Program-made: the position numbers and the translations under genes
Notes under the pieces: generated by a model
Databases searched by the model: none
Told to the model about the DNA's origin: nothing
The model's input: the letters and a program-made list of their open reading frames with translations, nothing else
DNA from: Pseudomonadota bacterium
Lineage (GTDB): Bacteria > Pseudomonadota > Alphaproteobacteria > Micavibrionales > CSBR16-224
Assembly: GCA_013285465.1 (NCBI GenBank)
Contig: CP053449.1
Span: 611,179 to 675,178, forward strand
DNA: 64,000 bases
Reading direction: 5' to 3'
Shown here: one piece after another, positions 36,810 to 46,296 of the stretch
Layout: every line of letters starts with the position of its first letter
How positions within the stretch are numbered: position 1 is the first letter of the stretch

Positions 36810-37114
36810 CATCCGGACAGGATCGCTGGCAGCAAATGCAGGATGATATCGGTGAATTCACCGAAAAAACATTCGGCAAAGGCACGGTGAAGGGAAAGAT
36901 TACGCATCTGGCTGAAGAGCTGGAAGAAGTGCTGGCAGACCCGGATGACCGCCATGAATGGGCTGATTGCATGATTTTGCTGCTGGGTGCGGCACGCTGC
37001 GCAGGGCTTGATATGAATGATTTATATCAGGCCATGCAGGAAAAAATGGATATTAACCGCAAAAGGAAATGGGGTCCCCCCGATGAAGACGGCATTGTAC
37101 GCCATGTTAGATAG
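36806..37114 (+). CDS. MazG-like/DUF550-like nucleotide pyrophosphohydrolase domain protein (102 aa)
   Basis: The pattern 'FGKGTVKGKITHLAEELEEVLADPDDRHEWADCMILLLGAA...INRKRKWG' resembles the all-alpha NTP-PPase fold (EExxE plus a distal acidic residue). The start overlaps the pth stop as ATGA. Confidence 0.6.
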   Translation: MTSGQDRWQQMQDDIGEFTEKTFGKGTVKGKITHLAEELEEVLADPDDRHEWADCMILLLGAARCAGLDMNDLYQAMQEKMDINRKRKWGPPDEDGIVRHVR

Positions 37115-37297
37115 CCAGAGGATCGACGCGAAATTCGTCGTTCTTTGTCTGTTGATGCCTGGCGGGAATATCGTTCTTAGCCTGGTACTCGGACGTTATT
37201 TGTTGCGCTTTGTTCCCGCACTCTCTATAAAAAACAAAAAAGCGGCCTGATCTCTGCCGCGACAGTCACGGAAAACAGATGAAAGGCGAGGCGGCAT

Positions 37298-38398
37298 ATG
37301 GGCTTCAACTGCGGTATTGTCGGACTTCCGAATGTCGGAAAATCCACATTGTTCAATGCACTGACGGCAACAGCCGCAGCGCAGGCGGAAAATTTCCCTT
37401 TTTGCACGATTGAACCGAATGTCGGGCGTGTCTCTATTCCTGATCCGCGCCTTGACGAAATCGCTAAAATCGGCGGCTCGCAAAAAATCATCCCCACACA
37501 GATGGAATTCGTTGATATTGCCGGATTGGTCAAAGGTGCCAGCCGCGGCGAAGGTTTGGGCAACCAGTTTCTGGCCAATATCCGCGAAACAGATGCCATT
37601 CTTTATGTGCTGCGCTGTTTTGAAGATGACAATATCACCCATGTCGAAGGCTCCGTCGATCCGCTACGCGATGCGGAAACCATTGAAACCGAATTAATGC
37701 TGGCCGATCTGGAAAGTCTGGAAAAACGTCTGCCCGCAATGGAAAAAAAGGCGCGCAGCGGCGATAAAAAAACGCAGGAACAGATTGAGCTGATGAAGCG
37801 CTTTCTGGCTGTCTTGCAGGAAGGACGCCCCGCGCTGACAGCGGGATGGAGCGAGGATGAAGCGGAAGCCGTGCGCCAGCTGCAGCTGCTGACGACGAAG
37901 CCGATTTTATATGTGTGCAATGTGGCGGAAGCCGATGCCGCAAACGGCAATGAATGGACAAAAAAAGTCGCGGATATGGCGGCGGAAAAAGGCGCTGAAT
38001 CTGTTGTAATCTGTGCCGCGATCGAATCGGAAATCGCACAGCTTGACGATGCGGAAGAAAAACAGGCCTTTCTGGAAGAAATGGGGCTGACGGAACCGGG
38101 GCTGAACCGCGTGATCCGCGCCGGATATAAATTACTGGATTTGATTACGTTTTTTACCGTCGGCCCGAAAGAAGCGCGGGCATGGACGGTACGCCGCAAC
38201 GCAAAAGCGCCCGAAGCGGCAGGCGTCATTCATACTGATTTTGAAAAAGGTTTTATCCGCGCCGAAACCATTGCCTGCGATGTGTTCTTGTCTCTGGGCG
38301 GAGAGCAAAAGGCAAAAGATGCCGGAAAAATGCGTCAGGAAGGCAAAGACTATATCGTGCAGGACGGCGATGTCATGCATTTCCGCTTTAACGTCTAA
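37298..38398 (+). CDS. ychF: Ribosome-binding ATPase YchF
   Basis: Motifs '[18 protein letters not shown]' and '[10 protein letters not shown]' are present, with a C-terminal TGS-like '[13 protein letters not shown]'. Confidence 0.95.
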   Translation: MGFNCGIVGLPNVGKSTLFNALTATAAAQAENFPFCTIEPNVGRVSIPDPRLDEIAKIGGSQKIIPTQMEFVDIAGLVKGASRGEGLGNQFLANIRETDAILYVLRCFEDDNITHVEGSVDPLRDAETIETELMLADLESLEKRLPAMEKKARSGDKKTQEQIELMKRFLAVLQEGRPALTAGWSEDEAEAVRQLQLLTTKPILYVCNVAEADAANGNEWTKKVADMAAEKGAESVVICAAIESEIAQLDDAEEKQAFLEEMGLTEPGLNRVIRAGYKLLDLITFFTVGPKEARAWTVRRNAKAPEAAGVIHTDFEKGFIRAETIACDVFLSLGGEQKAKDAGKMRQEGKDYIVQDGDVMHFRFNV

Positions 38399-38403
38399 GG
38401 AAA

Positions 38404-39153
38404 TTATTGCTGCCCGCCGGCTTTTTGTTGTTCGATCTGTTCCTGCTGGCTTTTTGTCCGTTCCCAGATTTTGATTCCGGCTTTGTTCTCGGTTCTCCAT
38501 TCCCGCACGGCATTTTGTACCTGCCGTTGTTCACGCAGGCTCAGCCGTGCCATCATATTTTTCAAATCCTGCCGCGCCCGTTCCGAGGCATCCGATGTGT
38601 CGTCACCGTAAAATTCAACGGAAAGCGACAACCATTTTGCGGCATTCAGAACATCACGTTTTACGCCCTGTCCGCCAAAATAACGCACGCCGACATGGTG
38701 CATGGCAAGAGGCTGGAAATTCTGCGCGGCACGTTCCAGCCAGCGCAATGCCTGTACATCATCCTGTTTCGTGCCTTGTCCTTGTGCGAACATCATGCCG
38801 ACCATTTCCTGCGCTTCGGCGCTTCCGGCGCGTGCGGTCGTAATAAATTTTTCGAAGGCTTCCTCATATTTTTCTTCGGCATAGATGGCAAAGGCCTCGT
38901 CCAGCTGTGCGCTGAGCTCAACGATATTGGCGGCGCCTTTTTCCGTGCGCAGAGCCTGGCTGTTATCTTCCATGCCCGACAGCAAATGTTCCTGCCCTTC
39001 CTTCAGCAGGAGGCCGATTCCAAGGCTGCGGTATTCCTCAAAATCATCGGCAAATTTCTTTTCCTCCGTCTTTTTGTCCTTGGCTGCATAGGCAGGCACG
39101 GATATGGCGAGGCAGAGTGTAAGGACGAGAGCGGTGAAAATTGTTTTACGCAT
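38404..39153 (-). CDS. Sel1-repeat (SLR/TPR-like) secreted protein
   Basis: It has the signal peptide 'MRKTIFTALVLTLCLAISVPAYA'. SLR units include 'AQEMVGMMFAQGQGTKQDDVQALRWLERAA' and 'AMHHVGVRYFGGQGVKRDVLNAAKWL'. Confidence 0.8.
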   Translation of the reverse strand: MRKTIFTALVLTLCLAISVPAYAAKDKKTEEKKFADDFEEYRSLGIGLLLKEGQEHLLSGMEDNSQALRTEKGAANIVELSAQLDEAFAIYAEEKYEEAFEKFITTARAGSAEAQEMVGMMFAQGQGTKQDDVQALRWLERAAQNFQPLAMHHVGVRYFGGQGVKRDVLNAAKWLSLSVEFYGDDTSDASERARQDLKNMMARLSLREQRQVQNAVREWRTENKAGIKIWERTKSQQEQIEQQKAGGQQ

Positions 39154-39248
39154 CTTTTGCGTCTCCTTGGAATTGGCAATAAGGGCATCAGCTATGCATT
39201 TTTTTTATGATAGCACAGAGTTCTTAAAAAAAAACTATTCCCGGCAAC

Positions 39249-40646
39249 CTAAACGGGGTAGACGGGCGGCATTGTCTGTTCAAGCCATGCGCCGATATCC
39301 AGAACGCTGATATCGTCCAGCGCTGCGCCGATAATCTGTACCGCCAGCGGCAATCCGTCAGCGGAAAATCCCGCAGGGACGGAAATCGCAGGCAGCCCCG
39401 CCATATTTGCCAGAAAGGTAAAGGGTGTCCAGTCATACCAGATATCACCGGTCTCCGGATGAGGCGGAGATTGCACACCTGCTTGAAAAGCCGGGGTTGG
39501 TGTTGTCGGCATAATGAGAAAATCATATTTTTTGAAGAGTTTTGCACAATATTGCCGCAGTTCCAGCCGTAATTGCCGGGCATGCAGAAAGCGTGAGAGC
39601 GGCATATTCTGCCCCATTTCACCGAAGAGCCGCATTGAGGTGTCCATTTTTTCCAGCGATTTTTTATCGGGAAAATGCTCAATGATGGTACTGGCACCGG
39701 CCAGCCAGTTGATATTGGTCAGCTCGACCAGCCGTTCCAGCTGCGGTGTGATCTCTTCGACAGAGGCGATGTCCTGCAGATGTTGTGCGGTTTCTTTTAC
39801 CGCTTTTGCGGTATCCGGATGCACGTAGATACCGGCGAAATGTGGAATATAAGCGGCTTTCAGAGTCTTTTTGTGCCGTTTCGATCTTTTGAAGGCGGAT
39901 GTGACCTGCGTCGGATCACGGGAATCGCGTTTGCGCAACGCCGGCAGGCAGCTTGTAATATCGTCAATGCGTGCGGCCAGCAGCCCCGGTGTGGAAAAGG
40001 AATAAAAAAATGTGGCCGGAAAAATCGGCAATGCGTTTTGCGTCGGTTTATAGCCGAACACACCGGTAAAGCTCGCAGGGATACGGCAGGAACCGCCGGC
40101 ATCACTGCCCAGATGAATCATCCCCATATTCATCGCTGCGGCAACGGCGCTGCCGCCGGAAGATCCGCCCGGTGTTTTTTTGGTGTTCCACGGGTTGCGG
40201 GTAATACCTGTGAGTGGACTGTCAGTCACACCTTTATGCCCGAATTCCGGCGTGGTGGTCGTACCCAGAAAAACAGCGCCTGCTTTGCGCAGATTTCTGA
40301 CAACCGGCGAATCAGCTTTTGCCGGGCGCTCCGGCATCAGATAGGAACCTTGCCGCATCACCTGACCTTTGATCTCGAATAAATCCTTGATACTGGCGGG
40401 AATGCCGTCAATCGGGCTGAGAGCTTTGCCGCTGCGCCATCTTTTTTCCGATTCATGTGCCGCGGCGAGGGCGGATTCTGCCGTAACCAGACAAAAAGCG
40501 TTCAGTTTTTCATCATGGGCGGCAATATTTTTCAGGCAGTCCTGCACCAGTTCCACCGGCGACAAAGAACCGTTTTGGAACAGGGAGGTTGTTTCCGGTA
40601 TGCTGCGCCGCGTCTTGGAGGAAGGTAAAGGATTGTTTGAAAACAT
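39249..40646 (-). CDS. Amidase-signature family amidase
   Basis: The AS motif 'GGSSGGSAVAAA' is present, and the upstream 'IPASIKD' could supply the catalytic lysine. Confidence 0.85.
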   Translation of the reverse strand: MFSNNPLPSSKTRRSIPETTSLFQNGSLSPVELVQDCLKNIAAHDEKLNAFCLVTAESALAAAHESEKRWRSGKALSPIDGIPASIKDLFEIKGQVMRQGSYLMPERPAKADSPVVRNLRKAGAVFLGTTTTPEFGHKGVTDSPLTGITRNPWNTKKTPGGSSGGSAVAAAMNMGMIHLGSDAGGSCRIPASFTGVFGYKPTQNALPIFPATFFYSFSTPGLLAARIDDITSCLPALRKRDSRDPTQVTSAFKRSKRHKKTLKAAYIPHFAGIYVHPDTAKAVKETAQHLQDIASVEEITPQLERLVELTNINWLAGASTIIEHFPDKKSLEKMDTSMRLFGEMGQNMPLSRFLHARQLRLELRQYCAKLFKKYDFLIMPTTPTPAFQAGVQSPPHPETGDIWYDWTPFTFLANMAGLPAISVPAGFSADGLPLAVQIIGAALDDISVLDIGAWLEQTMPPVYPV

Positions 40647-40800
40647 TTTTTGTCTCGTTTGTAAAAATTGCAGAGAAAATATGCTATAATATTACTATAT
40701 GTTTTTTTTCGCGCTATGATAACAATCATATGCGCGAATACGGCTGTACACCGTATAGCCTTACTGGGTTTGGATGTTAGATAAAACGGGTTGTTGAAGG

Positions 40801-41592
40801 ATGAAGAAAAAACTGATTATTGCCTGTGTGGGAATCGCGCTGATGAGCGGGGTTGCCGCTGTGAAAACACCGGTCATGGCGCAGGATAGCGCTTATCCGG
40901 GGGTTTTGGTTCCGCAACAGAAAGATCCGGCCCGCAAAAAAGTGGAAGAGGAGCGCCCGGGTTACCGCGGCCTGATTCCCGGATGGCTGCCGGGCAGACG
41001 CTCCCAGCAGGAACAGCCGGAAGATATTGTGGAGAAAAATCCGGCGCAGCCTGTGGAGCCGGATGTACGCAGAACGGCACGTGGCACGCCCTGGCAGACA
41101 ACAGCCCCGCAAAATATGCAAAGCTCGGTCAAGCCGGCATCTATTGAAAGCAAAGCGCGCCGGAAACCCTATTCGGTGAATGATCTGAAAATGATGGCGA
41201 TGGTGCGCAATGAGGGCAGCTTTACGATTGAGGACAGCATTCTGGAGAATGTCTCTTTGCCGCCTTTTGTCATTGATGCCCTGTCGAAAGAGCCGACATT
41301 GCGCAAAGACGGTTTATCTTCTGCGGAATATATCGCCAAGCTTGAAATCACAAAAGCGATGAATGTGCTGGAAACGACAAAAAACGCGAAGGAACGCAAG
41401 GAAACCGCGGCGATTGTGGATGACTTTTTTGCGTCACTGATTGACCGTTATCAGATGGAGCGTGATATTCCGCAACGTGTGAAGGAAAAAGTCGGGCTGC
41501 CGAAAGTATATATCGAGCGGCGCAACAAGGAATTAACAAGCGCCATTAAAATGGTGGAAGATGCGCGCAAAACATTGCGCAGGCAGTTGTAA
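40801..41592 (+). CDS. Secreted orphan protein (263 aa)
   Basis: It has the signal peptide 'MKKKLIIACVGIALMSGVAAVKTPVMAQ'. A proline/charged N-terminal half is followed by a helical C-terminal half. Confidence 0.55.
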   Translation: MKKKLIIACVGIALMSGVAAVKTPVMAQDSAYPGVLVPQQKDPARKKVEEERPGYRGLIPGWLPGRRSQQEQPEDIVEKNPAQPVEPDVRRTARGTPWQTTAPQNMQSSVKPASIESKARRKPYSVNDLKMMAMVRNEGSFTIEDSILENVSLPPFVIDALSKEPTLRKDGLSSAEYIAKLEITKAMNVLETTKNAKERKETAAIVDDFFASLIDRYQMERDIPQRVKEKVGLPKVYIERRNKELTSAIKMVEDARKTLRRQL

Positions 41593-41631
41593 AAGAATGT
41601 AACCGGATTATTTTGGAAAGTGAGGACCGGG

Positions 41632-42132
41632 ATGGTGAAGAAAGCAATACTATGTGGTGCGGTGGCCGTACTTTTGGCAGGAACAGCTCCTGTGCTGAGT
41701 GCGAAAGCGCAGAGTTTTGTATTGGATCCGAATAATAATGCCCCCCGTCAGTCTTCACGCGATGCCAAGCCTGCTTACGGGGGCGGTGTTATTGTCCCCT
41801 ATAACCCGGACAGCAGCCGCAGCAGTTATCAACGCTCGCAAACGCGCACGCGCCAGCAGCAGCAACAGACGGGGCCGATTTCTTATGGTGCGCCCCGCGA
41901 CAATAAAGGGCGTGCCGGCAGTATTTATAACGGCTATAGCAATCCTGAAGAGGAAAAGGCGGCCAGAAAAAGAACGCCGGATCACGAAGCAAGATTGCTG
42001 GCCTATAGAGAGCGGCAAAAGGCGCATAAGATCGAGCGTGAACAGAAAATACGGGAGCGCGCAGCAGCGCAGGAAGAGGCCATGGCGCGCGCCAAAGAGG
42101 AATATGATGCACGCAATGGCGGTGAGGAATAA
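41632..42132 (+). CDS. Secreted Q/R-rich orphan protein (~166 aa)
   Basis: It has the signal peptide 'MVKKAILCGAVAVLLAGTAPVLSAKAQ' and the low-complexity stretch 'QRSQTRTRQQQQQTG'. GAGGA lies 5 nt upstream of the ATG. Confidence 0.5.
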   Translation: MVKKAILCGAVAVLLAGTAPVLSAKAQSFVLDPNNNAPRQSSRDAKPAYGGGVIVPYNPDSSRSSYQRSQTRTRQQQQQTGPISYGAPRDNKGRAGSIYNGYSNPEEEKAARKRTPDHEARLLAYRERQKAHKIEREQKIRERAAAQEEAMARAKEEYDARNGGEE

Positions 42133-42155
42133 ACATTCCGGCATTGATAATATAA

Positions 42156-42186
42156 AGAAAGAAGCCGCATCACGCGGCTTCTTTTT
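42156..42186. terminator. Bidirectional Rho-independent terminator between convergent genes
   Basis: The hairpin AAAGAAGCCGC-ATCAC-GCGGCTTCTTT is flanked by an A-run and a T-run. Confidence 0.7.
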
Positions 42187-42216
42187 TATTTTATGTGTCG
42201 TTTATGTGCAGAATAA

Positions 42217-43710
42217 TCAGAGATGCTGTAATGAGGCTTTCAGCTTTTCGACATCTTCCGCGAGGGCGGGGTCGATGGTCATCAGCTCTTCGATCTTGCG
42301 TGTGGCATAAAGAACCGTTGTATGGTCACGACCGCCGAATTGCCGTCCGATATCGGGCAGGGAGGCGGGTGTGAGAATTTTGGACAGATACATCGCCACC
42401 TGACGCGGACGCGCCACTGCGCGCGCACGGCGCGGCGAATCCATATCGGCGGGACGGGTGCCGTAATGTTTGGCGACACCTGCTTTGATATCCTCCACGG
42501 TGATTTTGCGGTCATAGGCGCGCAACAGGTCTTGCAGAACCGTTTGTGCGGCAGCAAGGCTCATTTCCCGCCCCGTCAGTTCCGTATGCATGACAATGCG
42601 GTTCAGCGCCCCTTCCAGCTCGCGAATATTGGAGGTGATCTTCTCGGCCAGAAATACCAGAACGGCCTCAGGCACGCTGACAGCGGGCATCTGATTCAGT
42701 TTGGATTTCAGGATTTTCAAACGCAGGGCTTCATCTGCCGGATGGATATCCGCCACAAGTCCGCCGCCCAGACGTGACCGCAGTCTTTCGCCGAAACCGT
42801 CGATATCCGAGGGCGGACGGTCGGCGGAAATAACGATCTGCTTATTCTGGTCAATCAGAGCGTTGAAGGTGTGGAAGAATTCTTCCTGCGTCGAGGTCTT
42901 GCCGCTGATAAACTGCACATCATCAATCATCAGAATATCAACGGAGCGGAACATCTCCTTAAACGACACCGTGTCTTTATGCCGCAACGAGAGAATAAAT
43001 TCATACATGAATTTCTCCGCAGACATATACATCACTTTGCGTGTGGGGTTCTGTTCCTGAACGGCCCAGCCGATGGCGTGCATCAGATGCGTTTTGCCCA
43101 GCCCCACACCGCCGTAAAGAAACAGCGGGTTGAAAGAGACTGTGCTGCTTTCTGCGACACGTTTGGCGGCGGCCAGCGCCAGTTCATTTGATTCACCTGC
43201 AACGAAATTGCCGAAGGTGAATCGAGGGTCCAAGGCACAATGGATACGCGGGGAGTGGGTGTTGTTTACTTCGCTTGATTCTTCTGTCTGCCCGTCGTCT
43301 TTTGCGTAGCTTTGTGCCAAAGAAGTTTTGCCGCCGGTTTGTTCCCCGTCATTGGCCGTGGCGGCATTGGCGGCCTCCATCGGTGTGCTGAATTCGGGGG
43401 CAACGATAATATCAATACCGATGACGTCACCGGGATAGGCGGCTTCCCAGATGCGTTTGATTTTATCGGCATAGTGCATGGCAACCCAGTCACGCACAAA
43501 GCGTGTCGGGGCGGCAATTTCGACCACGCGGTTTTGTACCGCGCAAACGGAAAGCGGGCCGATCCAGTTACGGAATTCGGTGTCGCCGATCTGTTTTTTC
43601 AAAAGTTTGGAGATGTGTTCCCATTTATGGTCGATGGAAAAATCGGAACCCTGGCCGTTAGCGGAAGAGGCAGTCGTGTCATGTGCCAATGAGTGTTTGC
43701 TGTGCAACAT
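42217..43710 (-). CDS. dnaA: Chromosomal replication initiator protein DnaA
   Basis: It has Walker A 'GGVGLGKTHLMHAIG', 'LMIDDVQF' and the C-terminal DNA-binding block 'SLPDIGRQFGGRDHTTVLYA'. Confidence 0.95.
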   Translation of the reverse strand: MLHSKHSLAHDTTASSANGQGSDFSIDHKWEHISKLLKKQIGDTEFRNWIGPLSVCAVQNRVVEIAAPTRFVRDWVAMHYADKIKRIWEAAYPGDVIGIDIIVAPEFSTPMEAANAATANDGEQTGGKTSLAQSYAKDDGQTEESSEVNNTHSPRIHCALDPRFTFGNFVAGESNELALAAAKRVAESSTVSFNPLFLYGGVGLGKTHLMHAIGWAVQEQNPTRKVMYMSAEKFMYEFILSLRHKDTVSFKEMFRSVDILMIDDVQFISGKTSTQEEFFHTFNALIDQNKQIVISADRPPSDIDGFGERLRSRLGGGLVADIHPADEALRLKILKSKLNQMPAVSVPEAVLVFLAEKITSNIRELEGALNRIVMHTELTGREMSLAAAQTVLQDLLRAYDRKITVEDIKAGVAKHYGTRPADMDSPRRARAVARPRQVAMYLSKILTPASLPDIGRQFGGRDHTTVLYATRKIEELMTIDPALAEDVEKLKASLQHL

Positions 43711-44070
43711 GTGTTTTCAAATGCCTTTTTTAAATGCTTCCGTTAATCCAATACACCCTTAAAAAAGACACAAGGATACCGTTTGCGGAACGGCGGATTT
43801 CCGCGCCTGCCACGTTGTTTTGTGTCTATAGGATAAAAAAGAAAGTACACAGAAACCCCCCTGTCTGACAAGACAGGAAATACAAAAAAACAGCATAAAA
43901 TGGCAAAAAAACATCTTGACAGTTTTTGGGGTGAAATTCATGCGGCGGTTCAAAAAACGCGGAAATCATGTATTACGAAAATAATTTTTTTCCTGCTGTC
44001 CGGGTACGGAACAGGTATTTTATTCTTATTACAAAGCGATGCCGTTTTTTGCTTTCGGGAATTCTCAGCG

Positions 44071-44991
44071 TCAATTTTTCGAAGATTTGAAAAGTGATTC
44101 TAACGGCAGCTTATTTGCACGAAAAGCAGCCGTCACAGTATTGGCCATCAGACAGGCAATTGTCATTGGTCCGACACCGCCGGGAACAGGTGTAATGGCA
44201 CCGGCGATTCTTTCCGCTTCTTCAAAACAGACATCACCTGTGATTCGGCCATCGGCAAGACGGTTGATTCCCACATCAATGACGGTGGCGCCGGGTTTGA
44301 TCATGTCGCCGCGAATCAAATCCGCATTCCCTGTTGCGACAACAAGGATATCGGCCTGACGCGTCAGAGCGGGCAGATCTTTCGTTTTGGAATGGGCGAT
44401 ACTGACGGTACAGTTTTTTTGCAGCAGCAGTTGCGCCATCGGCCGCCCGACCAGCGGCGAGGCACCGACAATAACGGCATGCAGACCGTCAAAATTTGTC
44501 ACGGCGCTTTCCAGCAGAATCAGACAGCCTGTCGGCGTGCAGGGCATCGGCTGCCCCGTCTGCTGCCAGAACAGTTTGCCGGCATTCAGGGCGTGCAGGG
44601 CATCGACGTCTTTATCGGGAGAAATTCTTTGCAGCAGATCGTAAGGGTCGGGGCGTCCGGGCAGCGGCAGTTGCAAAAGAATGCCATGCACCGAATCATC
44701 GCTATTCCATGCGGAGATTTGCGATTCGACCGCGTCCAGAGACGTCTCCTGCGGCAGGGTTTTGACAATGGATTTAATGCCGAGCGATTCTGCCTTTTGG
44801 CGTTTTTTACGGACATATATTTCGCTGGCGGGATTGCCTTCAACAAGGATGACACCCAGGGTCGGGGTGATGTCATGATTCGCTTTCAGCGCAGCGGCTG
44901 CGGCTGCAATTTTGCTTTCCAGCTTGCGGGCCTCATGGCGTCCGTCAATGATATCTGCCTGATGTGTTGCTGTTTGTTGTGTCATGCCCAT
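44071..44991 (-). CDS. folD: Bifunctional methylenetetrahydrofolate dehydrogenase/cyclohydrolase
   Basis: Motifs 'PTLGVILVEGNPASEIYV', 'VIVGASPLVGRPMA' and 'PVPGGVGPMT' are present. Confidence 0.95.
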   Translation of the reverse strand: MGMTQQTATHQADIIDGRHEARKLESKIAAAAAALKANHDITPTLGVILVEGNPASEIYVRKKRQKAESLGIKSIVKTLPQETSLDAVESQISAWNSDDSVHGILLQLPLPGRPDPYDLLQRISPDKDVDALHALNAGKLFWQQTGQPMPCTPTGCLILLESAVTNFDGLHAVIVGASPLVGRPMAQLLLQKNCTVSIAHSKTKDLPALTRQADILVVATGNADLIRGDMIKPGATVIDVGINRLADGRITGDVCFEEAERIAGAITPVPGGVGPMTIACLMANTVTAAFRANKLPLESLFKSSKN

Positions 44992-45018
44992 AACCGCCCC
45001 GCCGCATATATTGATAGG

Positions 45019-45288
45019 TTAAAGCCCGTATAGCAGCCTTTGTAACATAGTAATGCCGATAAGCAAGATCAAAGGCGAAAAATCAAACCCGCCCACCGGG
45101 GGCAGAACCTTCTGGATACGTTTATAGGCGGGGTCGGTTGCGCGGGTCAGCAGATCATTGATCTTTTTTGCGATCGGATTGCGGATATTCAGAACCTGCA
45201 ACATCACCAGCCAGTTGACGATGACAGAGGCAATAATAATGTAAAGATAGACTGTTAAGGCCAGTATCAAAAGATCGGTGATAAACAC
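45019..45288 (-). CDS. YggT-family small membrane protein
   Basis: The 89-aa protein has two TM helices and 'VLPPVGGFDFSPLILLI'. Confidence 0.8.
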   Translation of the reverse strand: MFITDLLILALTVYLYIIIASVIVNWLVMLQVLNIRNPIAKKINDLLTRATDPAYKRIQKVLPPVGGFDFSPLILLIGITMLQRLLYGL

Positions 45289-45362
45289 GGCAACACGCCT
45301 CCCGTAAAAATTATTTTCTTTAGGGATACTTTAGGCGAAGCTGCGCAATTCCTCAAGGGAAC

Positions 45363-46169
45363 TTAGCGGCGTGTCGTGATCTGGAATGTGCTGTTCAGCA
45401 GATTGTTACAGCTATCCGGCAGAACGGTCGCACCGTTATCTTTCATGTGCTCACAATTTTGCAGCATTTGCTGATCGCGCTGGCTCAATGTCTGTGTGCC
45501 TGCGCCGTTATTGCCGGGCTGGTAATAAGAGCTGCCGCTGTTGTTCTGCTGCTCTTGTTGAAGCTTCATCGCTTCCAGTTGCAACCTCAATGCCTCGTTC
45601 TGCGCCTGCAAAAGTGCGAGCTGCTCATTCGGTCCGTTACGAATACTTTGAATTTCCTGCTGTACCTGAGTCTGTACGATCTGGCGCTCCATATTATATT
45701 GATCGCGTTGGCGCTGTGCTTCGATTTGCGCCTGTGTTTTGTTATCGGAACGGATGGAGCTGTTGACGGTGTGGCTGGGGCTTCTGTTGCCGGAGCCGCT
45801 ACGCGTATCAACCGAGATTGTACGGGTTGTAATCATGCCGCCGTTGCCACCGCCGCCATTGGCACCGCTACCGTTGATGATGGCTTCGCGCTGGGCGCTC
45901 TGATTCGCCGTTGTTCCGGTTTTATAGGTGGCATCACGTTCGTTACGGTCATGTTCCATACGTTCGCGTGCACTTTTAAATGCGCCGCCCAGCCAGGATT
46001 TGAGTGTTTTGTTGACTTCGGTGACAACTTCTTCTTTGACGCCGTCGCCGACGCTTTGCGCATGCGCTTGTGACGGGGCAAATGTCATAGCGCCGACTGT
46101 CAGGGCAACCCCGATCATCAGGCTATGCTTAAAATTTCTTCCAACATTACGGTATTTCTTCTGGTCCAT
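45363..46169 (-). CDS. Secreted Q/N-rich coiled-coil orphan protein
   Basis: A signal peptide ends 'SQAHAQ'. It is followed by a G/N-rich stretch and a glutamine-rich heptad region ('QAQIEAQRQRDQYNMERQIVQTQVQQEIQ'). Confidence 0.55.
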   Translation of the reverse strand: MDQKKYRNVGRNFKHSLMIGVALTVGAMTFAPSQAHAQSVGDGVKEEVVTEVNKTLKSWLGGAFKSARERMEHDRNERDATYKTGTTANQSAQREAIINGSGANGGGGNGGMITTRTISVDTRSGSGNRSPSHTVNSSIRSDNKTQAQIEAQRQRDQYNMERQIVQTQVQQEIQSIRNGPNEQLALLQAQNEALRLQLEAMKLQQEQQNNSGSSYYQPGNNGAGTQTLSQRDQQMLQNCEHMKDNGATVLPDSCNNLLNSTFQITTRR

Positions 46170-46296
46170 GACCCACACTCCCTTAAAGGCACAATTCCTG
46201 CATTTGCTCTATAAAGAACATAATACATGAACAGAGTGTATTTGTCAAGGTTTTGACATAATAAAAATGCGGGAACCGCATGAAAAGGGAAGATTT

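Noticed and set aside
37017-37250. A 77-aa plus-strand ORF in the MazG-like/ychF intergenic region that could encode a small hydrophobic peptide ('FVVLCLLMPGGNIVLSLVLG').
   Set aside because: It overlaps the MazG-like ORF out of frame. It has no clear RBS, and I cannot assess conservation. Evidence is insufficient to call a gene.
38407-39210. A 267-aa plus-strand ORF covering the Sel1 gene region.
   Set aside because: The minus-strand product has a clean signal peptide and Sel1 repeat consensus. The plus-strand translation is low-quality (F/C/R-rich) and lacks an RBS context.
43711-44070. Calling oriC upstream of dnaA.
   Set aside because: I saw no near-consensus DnaA boxes on either strand, and alphaproteobacterial origins are usually not next to dnaA. 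The question needs GC-skew or PWM analysis that I cannot run.
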